Source: Histomonas meleagridis 2922-C6/04-290x
Taxonomy: Eukaryota; Protista; Parabasalia
Assembly (NCBI GenBank): GCA_020184695.1
Contig: JAANOX010000233.1
Location: forward strand, 62,001-126,000
DNA length: 64,000 nucleotides
Direction of reading: 5' to 3'
This document shows positions 43,827-54,306 of this stretch, in pieces. The position numbers and the translations under genes were made by a program. The notes beneath the pieces were generated by a model. The model was not told the DNA's origin. It searched no databases and saw only the letters and a program-made list of their open reading frames with translations. Positions within the stretch are counted from its first letter, which is position 1. Each line of letters starts with the position of its first letter.

Positions 43827-44667
43827 TTTGTCAAATAGAGCGTTAAAATAAATTATCTTCTATCCATATTTCATTTTTCTTATCGATCTGAACAAGGTTC
43901 CGCTTGGTAATTCATTATTTTCATTTACATTTAACTTTATATTTAACCATAACTGTAAATTGATTGAAAATTCATATACAGCATTTTCAGGAGGTTACGA
44001 AAAAGTCACAGGAAGTTACTGATTGTGTTGAGAATCAATTCAAACGGTTTCTTAACTTCGATTATGCTATAAAAAATAAAAATGAATATGATGTTTATTT
44101 TCTATTTTCTGATGCTAAGAATATCTTATGCAAAGCTTAGCATATAATGCCAAAATTGCAACACAATTGACGAATCAATTTTTAAAATTGCATTTTGAAG
44201 TGCACATTGTGCGATAAAGCAATATAAAAGAATATAATAGCAGATAAGGACATCAACAATTTGTATAAATACAGACAGTTTATTTAGCTTATAAAAGATC
44301 CATGGTTACTGGGTATTCACACTGATAATTGTTGACGCAACTGTTTGTTGTTTTCTTATAACCATTTGTTGTAACCTCCTGAAAAATGCCATAAAAATGA
44401 ACTTTTAGACCAGATATCTGGATACTGAATATAAAATAGAAATATCTCGAAAATAAACTAACAATTTTTAATATGATTCGAAATAAATATTTTACTCAAA
44501 TTGTTTTTTAATATTTCGAATTTTAATAATATTTTTATTTAATAATTGCTCGGAAAACTGATATTAAGAATATTGAATGAAAGGGGTATTTTTTACCCAT
44601 TTTTTCTTAAAGATCTGAAATTTCTGAACCTGTTTCAATTAACTTGATTAATTAACTTGAAAGTCAA

Positions 44668-45714
44668 ATGAGCAAGGAAGAAAGAATCGAATTCGACGAT
44701 TTAGATCTTCCACCACCACCACCTACTCCAAAAGCAACCAAAAAGGGTAGTTCGGAAAATCGAAAAATTCCTTGGGTGGCAATTATCATAAGTGCATTCT
44801 TCATGATTTTTTTCACGTTATTATTCTTTTGTTCATTCTTCATTCCTCGAAGCAAATACCTTAAAGCTAAAGAAGAACATCCAGATCTAGATTTTTATGA
44901 TGTTTCAACAACTCCAATTGCCTTATATTGGACATATTATTGTGTTATCCTTATATTTTTTGTTGTTTTGCCCTTATTTTTATATTACTGCAATCTTCTT
45001 TTAATCGAAATATTTACATTCTCAAGTTCGGCAGTCATTCTTTTTGGCATTTTGTGTCCCATATATATTCGCATAGAAGAAGCAGTTGACAATGTATTAA
45101 GTAATTCTTATAATTTTTCATCATATGAAAATGATATTAATGAAACAAATAATTGATGATTAATGGCCATTCCATATCTTGAAATTGGTTATACAGGCCT
45201 CTCAAAAGCCCGAGTTGGTAAAAGAACATATCATTACTATTGTAACCCCCCAACGATTGTAAATTATTCAACAAATGCAACAACGTCATATTATCTACCC
45301 GAATTTGGTGACTACGCATGGGTGCAGGTCGAGTTAAACGCGACTTTTTCGCCAGAAGTTTTAGAATATTTTAACAAATACCGTGAAATATATCGGCTTG
45401 CTTTACCAGAAAATGATCAAAACGGAAGAAAAATCACGTGGACAGATATCAGTGGATATAAAATGAAAACTTATAACCCGAATATTGTTTTTGTCAAGAA
45501 AAAAGAATTATCTGGTCGATTGGACCCAGACGTTGGTAAGACAACGATGGCGCTCTGGACAGGGTTTGTTTACGTTTATGAGCTCCTTTCAATACCTATA
45601 TACCGCCCTGTGATTACAAAGTCAAATATTGAAATCAATCTTTCAGTTGATGACATACCAAAGGAAGGCGCGTACTTCTATGAAATATTGAATATGACAA
45701 ACTGTACAAGATGA
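44668..45714 (+). pseudogene. Multi-TM membrane protein gene split by in-frame TGA TGA (45154-45159); paralog of 46814..47873
   Basis: ORFs 44668..45156 and 45163..45714 share a frame. Relative to the paralog there are about 12 extra nt at the stops. Faint TMEM151-like layout (tentative). Confidence 0.7.
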
Positions 45715-46813
45715 TTTATGTCTTCAATAAAACGTTTTGAAATTTTTTGATTCTTGCAAAATTACATTACCGTCTACTAATTTGTGATTTCAAAATAATA
45801 TTTGGTTCAAGTGTAAGGTTTTTTTATGAGGTTTTCATTGATGAGTTTACTTTTTTCATTTGTTATATGACTTCATCTCAATGATATTTTCTAATATCCC
45901 CATGAGAATATGTGAAATTAATTTAAAACATGAAAATATGATATGAAACACGAAAGTTTCACCTAATTTTTCTATTTTGTATTTCATATCATAATCATAC
46001 TGATGAAATATTATATCGGAAAATCTATTTCACAGTAACAAAAATGATACAAACCCCCGTTTATGACGACCGTTATGCCATGGAAATACGATTTAATTTT
46101 TGGTTTTTGCCCAGAGGCGGGGGCAAAAATTAACTTTGGGAGAAATTTGCCAAGTATAGCACAATATGAATTTATATCACAAAGTCATGAATTTATGTTT
46201 CTTTCTCTAATTAATATACGATATTTATTCATTGTTTTAAAAAACAATGCACGATCAAAAATCATTCAAAAAGTAGCTTCGGGATGCATCCACGGGATGT
46301 GGAAACTATACCCAATAAATATATGAATTAAGAAAAAATTTAAATTTTAATGATTTATTGAGAAGATCATTCCAATTTCTTAAAGTAAGTAATGTTTATT
46401 CTGTCCTCTCTTTTTTTTGTTATATGTAGTGAAGGTTGGTTTCACGTCGACGACTTTTCAGATATTAAAAAATAGGAATATTCATAGATAGAATCTGCTC
46501 ATGCGGTGGCATAAAGCTTTCAAAAATCAAACGAAACAGTAATTTCATTATGTTTATAATGAAGAGTGCAAAAAAGAACGTTAAATTCAATTGAATCATT
46601 AAGAAAACATGTTTTCCTATATATTAATATTTAAATTATTTACATTAAAAAAGATTAATATTTATATAAATTAGATTCATTATCTTAATTTTATTATTTT
46701 CAATTTTATATCAGATATTATATAATTTATACACACACATGAATGTGAATGCATGCTAATCTTTATCATAACTTTTTATCACCACTCACTTCGCATTATT
46801 TAATATCATCGTG

Positions 46814-47873
46814 TTAACACCTATAGCAGCGCGTTTCCTTCAGTTTGGTATAAAAGTAATCTCCTTCTTTTGGAACCATGTCAATTGAAACATTAATTTC
46901 AATATTATTTTTAGTTATTACTGGGCGGTATATTGGCGCGGAAAGTATATCATATAAGTATCCAAGGCCTGCCCAAAACGCTATCATTGCCTTCGCCGCG
47001 GCCGGATTCTTGGCTTTTTTACTCACTAAAATGTAGTGCGTTTTATGCGTTTTCATTTTATAGCCACTTATGTCCTTCCATGCGATAGCTCTGCCATTTT
47101 GATCGTTTTCTGGCAAAGATTTCTGATACAGATCGCGAAATGTGGTCAAATAATCCAAAACTTCTGATGAATATGACACGTTTAGCTCAGTTTGGACCCA
47201 TGCGTAGTCTCCAATGTCAGGTAGATAATATGATGTTGTTGCATTTGTCGAATTAATTTTAACAGTGGAGGGAGTACACATATAATAAATGACATGTTTG
47301 CCGCCCTTTCTTGAAGTGCCTGTGAAACCTACTTCAAGATATGGAAAGCCATTAATCATTTCATTAAGATCACTTTCATATGATGATAAAGATTGAGAAT
47401 AACTTAGTGCATAATTTACAACTTTTAAATCACTTATAAAAATAGGGGTAATAATTCCAAACGAAAGTATAATACCAAAACTTGATGATAAAAGAATTAA
47501 TATTAAATTTGGATGACTAACTATACTCAATACGCAAGAACTGCAAGGGTAAAAAAACAAAAAATACAATAATGCTACAATAATGTAGCCAATAAATTAC
47601 TGTTATTCCAGGATCGTCTTCAAAGAATTCAAGATCTGGATGCTCTTTTTTGGATTTAAGGTACTTGCTCCGGGAAATAAAGAACGAGCAAAAGAAAAGT
47701 AATGTGAAATAAATAATGAAGAAGGCACTTATAAGGATTGCAATTCCAGGATTTTTTTTTTTTTCGTTTTTTTCAGCTTTATCATTATTTTCTGGTGGAC
47801 CCTGTGATGGGAGAACTAAACCGTTGAGATTGCTTTCTTGCTCATCAAGGGATTCTAAATTCATTTCGAACAT
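46814..47873 (-). pseudogene. Multi-TM membrane protein gene with a frameshift near 47520; inverted paralog of 44668..45714
   Basis: ORFs 47517..47900 and 46814..47569 together align with the 44668-45714 product (AILISAFFIIYFTLLFFCSFFI; PYLEVGFTG; YRPVITKNNIEI). Confidence 0.7.
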
Positions 47874-47925
47874 TTGAGTTTGACGATCATAACCCACCAA
47901 TTAAAAACGGGTAGGTATATAATGC

Positions 47926-48002
47926 GGTCGGGAATGATCACGAGGTCCCTAGGGGCCCCGCCCCCGGCGGGGCCCCTAGGGACCTCGTGATCATTCCCGA
48001 CC
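47926..48002. repeat. Perfect 37-bp inverted repeat with a 3-nt loop (GC-rich hairpin) at the left end of the element
   Basis: ggtcgggaatgatcacgaggtccctaggggccccgcc-ccc-ggcggggcccctagggacctcgtgatcattcccgacc, checked base by base. Confidence 0.98.
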
Positions 48003-48447
48003 TTTACTTTTCACTGGGGGGATTTCCGGGGTCTTCGACCCCCGGAGGTGCCCTTCGGACCCCTCCGGAGGTCTCAGACCCCTTCAATCCCCGAGTGTGC
48101 TCGCTCCGCTCGCAACAAAAATCAAAATGATTTTTGTGAGCCATACAATTCGATAGAAAATTTGAATGAGCATTCAATTTTTGAGAGAACGCGAAACTTT
48201 TTCATAGGGACGATAGCACTTTTTATACCACTTTTCGCATAAACCTATCAAAAACCTCGTATAACCAGCACAAAATGTCCCCGGTTATGTTTGGCCGGAC
48301 ATTTATCCTATTCAATTTATCTTTGGTCAGAGGTTTGTAGTCAAAAAGCGACGGTTATATTGTTTGGTCGCATGGCAAACTTTATTTTTATAAACGAATG
48401 GTCAGAATACACAATTTTAAAAATGTCACATCATCACTTCACTCTTT

Positions 48448-48906
48448 ATGAATACAGATTACTATTCAGTTACAAAACTTGCAGATTTTATGAAAGAAAA
48501 AGATCCAGATGCTACAGCGGTTGCTTTATTTTTTGAACCCAAAGATGACAAACTTGGTAATTTTAACAATTTTATAATCAAGCCAATTGGCATGATCATC
48601 AAACATAGAAATTTCCAAGATTTTTATTTTGTTCATAAAGAGTTGATCGAATTCTTCAAACAAAGAAATATCAAAGTTTCAGTACCAATAACTGATAACA
48701 AAAAGCCACCACTTACTAATAATATTCATTATTTAGAGATTCATTTAACTCTATTAGAGAGTAATTTTGGAAGATGGTATCATGCATTTCTATATGAATC
48801 AACGAACACTGAAGTTAATAATATACTCATTTCAAATAAAATACCTGATAATAATGAATTCCAAACAGTATTTGACATGAATTCAATCGATCCTGATAGT
48901 TTTTAA
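48448..48906 (+). CDS. Element-encoded hypothetical protein (152 aa)
   Basis: Intact ORF preceded by TCACTTCACT initiator-like sequence; no motif recognised. Confidence 0.6.
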   Translation: MNTDYYSVTKLADFMKEKDPDATAVALFFEPKDDKLGNFNNFIIKPIGMIIKHRNFQDFYFVHKELIEFFKQRNIKVSVPITDNKKPPLTNNIHYLEIHLTLLESNFGRWYHAFLYESTNTEVNNILISNKIPDNNEFQTVFDMNSIDPDSF

Positions 48907-49387
48907 AGCTCTAGTTTGAATAAAAAAAACAATAATCACTTCATTTTTTTTTTGTCTTTTGATGAATTTCTTTTTACATTTGATTTCTATAATGATTATT
49001 TCAATAATTTTAACACTTCACCTGTTGACAATGCTCAAAGCAATACGAAAAAGACAATATATATTAATAATGTTTTTTCTTCATTATGGTCAGTAGAAAA
49101 AATTGTTAAAGATTTAAATAAACAAAGAAACAATGTTTTTTATTTTTATTTATTTTCTTTTTCATAAGGTATAACATATATTTCACTATTTTGTCTTAAA
49201 GCTGAAAATGATATTGGTTGTTCAAATATAATTGCATTTGTAAATGACACTCTTCTCTGTTTTTCTATATCTTTTAAATTTCTAATTTCAGGAATATCTA
49301 ACCTATTTTTTTGTTGTAATAGGTTTCTATAACCTCAGGTTTATAATTCGACATTTATAAAAATGATTTAAATTTTAACAAAATTAC

Positions 49388-49480
49388 TTTGAATTTTTGA
49401 AACTAAAATATACCAAATTGGACGCAGGCGTCCTTTAAGGACGCCTGGGATTTGGTATATTTTAGTTTCAAAAATTCAAA
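49388..49480. repeat. Long palindrome: 31-bp perfect outer arms plus an 11-bp GC-rich inner palindrome
   Basis: Arms 49388-49418 and 49450-49480 are exact reverse complements; inner caggcgtcctt-t-aaggacgcctg. Confidence 0.95.
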
Positions 49481-49572
49481 AAACAATATATATATATAAA
49501 TAATATTTTATTATTTCTTTTGTCCAACTAGTGCATTAGCTACACCATCTATCACAGGTGAGAATTTATCTG

Positions 49573-49716
49573 CTATTTTAATTCCTTTTGAGGTTTAGCT
49601 ACTTTATTCCAAACATTTCCAATAAATCTACCGACTGGTTTAATAATTTTATTTTTAATCCAAGCACCAGCTTTTTTAAATCCGTTTTTAATTTTGTTCC
49701 AAAAACCCCACGCCAT
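49573..49716 (-). CDS. 47-aa cationic amphipathic peptide (MAWGFWNKIKNGFKKAGAWIKNKIIKPVGRFIGNVWNKVAKP...)
   Basis: Manual translation from ATG 49716 to TAG 49573; below the ORF-track length cutoff. It may extend through a frameshift. Confidence 0.7.
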   Translation of the reverse strand: MAWGFWNKIKNGFKKAGAWIKNKIIKPVGRFIGNVWNKVAKPQKELK

Positions 49717-49746
49717 AAATAATAATAAAAATAAATAATTATTTCT

Positions 49747-49965
49747 TTATTTATAAAATGCAGGATGTAAATTAGAAAAGATCTTATCATTTGCTTCCAT
49801 ACCTACTGGTTTGAATATAGGAGCTATTCTATCACCTACTTCAAATATTTTATCTACAGGTAATTTCTTTAAAGGTCCTATCTTTTTAATATCTTCTTTA
49901 TGTTGTTTTGCAAATTCATAACCTTTTGCAATATGAGGACTAATTTTTGCGAATCCTTCTTTCAC
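49747..49965 (-). CDS. Small basic amphipathic protein (GTG start; ATG possibly lost)
   Basis: GFAKISPHIAKGYEFAKQHK...KIFEVGDRIAPIFK shows helical amphipathy; lies divergent from the capsid gene. Confidence 0.5.
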   Translation of the reverse strand: MKEGFAKISPHIAKGYEFAKQHKEDIKKIGPLKKLPVDKIFEVGDRIAPIFKPVGMEANDKIFSNLHPAFYK

Positions 49966-49978
49966 TTTTTATATAAAA

Positions 49979-51581
49979 ATGAACAAAATGATCAAGGTAA
50001 TGTTGGAGCTTATTTTGATCGTCTTAAAGATTTAATTGCTAAAAATGATGGTACTCGTTCTTTTATTTTAAGAACTGAAGATTGTCATGATCAAAATGCA
50101 CCATTTAATCAATCACAAGAAACTAGATTAAGAATTACTCATGGTGATCATATGATTTCACAAATAACTGAAGGTTTTATTAATTTTAAACTTAGAATAA
50201 CTGTACAATTATCAAAAGCTATTTCATCTGGTAATTTAACAGATCCAGAAAATTTAGCTAAAATATTTATAGGTTTTAAGAGTTCTAATCAATTATTAGA
50301 TCAATTACAAATTATGTCTAATAATATTTCTACTGGTTATCAACAAAAATGAATGTTGTCGTGAAGGTTATTGTAATTGTACAAGTAAACCCTTATGCTG
50401 AAAAGAAAAACTAGGAAAATATACACATTCTTTATATGAAAATGTTTCAGAATATTCTCAATCTGTTTGTGGTACTTATGTTGATTTAAATACAATTGCA
50501 GATGGAAATAAACATGATATCGAATTTGAAATGAATCTTCCATTTGAAGATATATTAGCTTTACAAGCATTTGATTTATATCCAAATAGATTAGTTGGTG
50601 ATATTGAATTAAAGTTTTATGTTAAACAAAATGGTTTAGTATGGTGTCAAGTAGATCCACGTAAAATTAAAGAAGTGAAAGAATTTTTAGAAGATTCTTC
50701 TATTAATGCTACATTTAAATAATTTACCTTTATTCACTCATGGTTTTACTCAAATAGGTAATTCTGCTAATGTAACTACTACATTTAAATGTGGTACTGA
50801 AACTAATCATACTATTGATACTGCAACTGAGAATGTTTCTTTATATTGTACAGGTTTAACAGTAGTTTCATGTAAATCTAATATGTTTGGTTTTGGAGTT
50901 AAAGAAGAAACTTTAAATCAAATAGCTCAAATACTTCAACAACCTGGAGGTTTAGTAATTCCTTCACAACAATTAGATTATAATGCATTTGCTTTAGCTG
51001 CTACTGAATCTGGTATACAATCTACTATTAATATGCCATTATTTAATGTTACAACTATTACAGTTGTATTTCCAAAACATGCTAATGATTATACTTGTTT
51101 CGATAATCCTATTTATAATAATGTTCAATTAACTATTGCAGGTCAAAATTATCCTGATGAACCTATTTCTACTTTAGGTGCTAGATTTTTACAATATCAA
51201 TTAGTTGCTTCTGATTTAGATGGTGGTATACAATGTACTAAAGAATTTGAAGATTCTTTAACTATGGATAGAAATGCTTCAAATGGTACTAGATATAATA
51301 ATACATTAAGTGATGCTACTTCATTTATGCTTAATATACAATGTGAACGTTCACGTGGTGGTTACGTATTTGATGGTTTAGATTCTAACGGTCAAAATAT
51401 ACCAATACAAATTAAAGGTCAACCTATTTATACTCAAGCTAATGATACTTATTATAATGTTGATGATGCTGGAAATCATCCACCACCACCACAATTATTC
51501 ATTTGTCGTGATACTTATTTTACATTAGATTTACACAATGGTTTGAAATACCATGCTAATGGTACACCAGATGGTTATTAA
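49979..51581 (+). CDS. Probable major capsid protein (double jelly-roll), about 530 aa, broken by several +1 frameshifts
   Basis: Segments 49900..50352, 50531..50722 and 50706..51581 join into one beta-rich reading (IFIGFKSSNQ; FEMNLPF; GDIELKFY; ITVVFP; VQLTIAGQNYPD). Size and context next to an A32 ATPase fit an MCP. Fold inferred. Confidence 0.7.
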
Positions 51582-52628
51582 ATAAACATTTATATTTATA
51601 AAATATTATCAAATTTTTGACTAAAACCTTTGTGGCAAAGTTATTTGATATAATTTAAAAAATATAATCTTGCTCAGGTACCACTAACGTCCTCCGCAAG
51701 ATGAAGGCCTAGCAAAAATTATTTTTATTTTTAAACGTCCTCAAATAACGGTCTTTTGAAAAATAAAATTAAACCTAACCCCCACTACTAGCACACTTTA
51801 TACTGATCACCTGTCTACGCCCTTTTATAAAAAAGTGCTCCGCGGAGTCGGGCTTCGGCAGGTTTGTGATAAATGCACTCATTCGCCATTAGGGCTCTCT
51901 TTGGGGGGAGGGGGGGATTAATTTTATAAAATAAAGAAAAATTAAAAAAGAAAATTTAATAGCCCATTGAGCGAACAAACTTTGTTATTAACACTCATGT
52001 GCATAGTCAAAAAGAAAAAAAAGTTATATCGAAAAAAAACCTATAGATAAAAAGAAATGTTTTTACAACTGACTAAACATCAAATTAAAAAAATTAATTG
52101 AAAAAATGTCAAAAACACATCAAAAAAGCAAATTTAACTACGTACGATAAAAATTGAATAAAATTACAAATGTCACAATAAATTTAAAAATTTTAAATAT
52201 GTCAGTTATCGTTAAAAATAAAAAAGGTATGTCAAATAACTAGGTGAAAGTAACTGTCAAACCATCGATTGTAAGAGCTTAGATTGATTACTGATTCCAT
52301 TCCTTGGATACTTTACTAAAGAGAAATAAGTTATATAAAAAATCGAACAGTGTTAGTCAATTACTATTGGCAATTAAGAGAATGAAAAAGTGACAAAAAG
52401 GAAATATCATATGAAAAACATCATATTTACTAATATCAATTGAATGGTTTACACGAAAAGTGACAATATAATCATCTTGGGAAAAGTGGATAAGATAATA
52501 TGATGCCAAATGGAGTATAACATTGAATGGAACACATCATAACTTTGCCACAAAAGTATGATTATAGAATTTAAATATTTCAAAAAGTCGAATGACCAAA
52601 GAAGAAAAAAAATAGTGTCATTTCATTT

Positions 52629-52838
52629 ATGGAATACGAAATCAACAAGATAATAGACCATGAAATAAGATATAACTACACGGAAAATAAGTACATAGTA
52701 TGGTTCAAAGTGGAGTGGAGTTGCGATAACACTAGATCATGGATAAGATATGAAGACCTTAATGCCGATTATCTACTAAACAATTACATGTTCAAACTAA
52801 CAAATGAAGAAGTAGAAGAAGTAATGAAAAACATTTAG
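52629..52838 (+). CDS. Stand-alone chromodomain protein (69 aa)
   Basis: YEINKIIDH...FKVEW...SWIRYEDL...LLNNY matches the chromo consensus YEVEKILDH...YLVKW...TWEPEENL...LLxxY; TCATTT initiator before the ATG. Confidence 0.85.
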   Translation: MEYEINKIIDHEIRYNYTENKYIVWFKVEWSCDNTRSWIRYEDLNADYLLNNYMFKLTNEEVEEVMKNI

Positions 52839-53097
52839 TAAACATCTAAATAATAAAAAGAATTATCTAATTCATTAAAAGTAAATAAACAAATGAGATA
52901 AAAATGAGAATAAAAACATCAAATTACAATTTCTAAATGTAAAGTATTGAAATATTATCATATAATAGAAAAGTGACAGAAATACCCCCATCTAAAGGTG
53001 GTTACGCCTAGGACAAGACCTCAACTTTCACGAAAGAGTCCTAAAAGGCCACAAGATCCACCAGAAAGTCATTAAATAAATAAAAAATGACTTACTC

Positions 53098-53132
<35 letters not shown>

Positions 53133-53437
53133 TTTTTATTAATAATTATTTTCATTTTGAGTGTTTTCTTCTTGAGTTTGTTGAGTTAATGTATTAGCGT
53201 ATTGTTGCAATACATTTAATTTACCTAAGTAAGCATTATATTTATTTAAATCATTATTAAATATTTGATTTAACAATTCCATTTTAGATATTTGATAAGC
53301 TTGATCCAATTGTTCAGGCGTTATATTTTGCTATAGAAAAGGAAGGTTTAATATTAATTTCACTAAAATCACAATCTTTAAATTCTTGTGCAAAGCATGT
53401 AATAAGATATTACATTAAAAACTAATGAAGTGATAGA

Positions 53438-54276
53438 ATGCATTTGATGAAAATTATTTTTATTTTATGGAAAAACGATATTAATATTGATGCATTAGAT
53501 AATATGATTGATTATTGTTTATATAAAAATAAACCTAAATTAAATGAAGAATTAATAAGTGAAATTCATCCAGAAGTGAATGTACCTTATAATTCTTTAA
53601 ATATAGCAGTAGGTAGACAAAGAAGTGGGAAAACTCAATGTATAATTAGAGAAATTATTAAAATTAGTAATATTAGTCCTAGAACTCATTTATTAATTTA
53701 TATTAATAAAAAAAAAATAAAAAATGATCCTACATTTGAATCATTAAAACCTTTAATTAAAATCCCAATTTATATATGTAGCTGAAAAACAAGCAGAAGA
53801 TATAGTTAAAGATATATTAAAAATGGAAACAATTTTATAATGAAATTAAAAAAAATAATCATTGGGAAAATAAAAATAGTAGATAATCAAATAACTGAAT
53901 TATTTGAAAAAAATTATATATTTATAATTTTAATGATTTAACTTTACATACGATAATATTTTTTGAAGATTGTGCTAATAGTCCTTTATTTAAAAATCCT
54001 ACTAATTATTTTAATCAATTATTTACTAAATTAGCTCATATTCAATGTTCTGTATTTTTCGCTGTTCAATTTTGGAAATCTTTACCTGCTGAAGTTAAAG
54101 CTAATGTAAGTACTATATTTATATTTCCTAATTTCTCTAAACAACAATTAAGATATATGATTGAACAAATACCATTACCTTATACTAAAGATCAAATTTA
54201 TTCAGTTTATCAAAAATTAACTGGTCATCAAAAAATGATTATTGATGTTAATAATCAAAATATAAAAATTGAATAA
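53438..54276 (+). CDS. A32/FtsK-HerA-family genome-packaging ATPase, frameshifted
   Basis: Walker A GRQRSGKT, Walker B IIFFED, and a downstream KLAH...FAVQFWKSLPAEVKAN motif; stop at 54276; start uncertain. Confidence 0.88.
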
Positions 54277-54306
54277 AATAATTTTTTATAAAATCATTTT
54301 TTTTTA

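Noticed and set aside
46063-46326. 87-aa ORF between the two membrane-protein paralogs
   Set aside because: No recognisable motif or paralog; insufficient support.
47517-47526. 10-nt GTATAGTTAG micro-intron that would repair the frameshift
   Set aside because: Far shorter than known trichomonad introns (about 25 nt or more) and has no branch site; more likely a small insertion.
48048-48536. ORFs 48048..48242 and 48291..48536 as element genes
   Set aside because: They use non-ATG starts, overlap hairpin and TIR sequence, and have no protein-like motifs.
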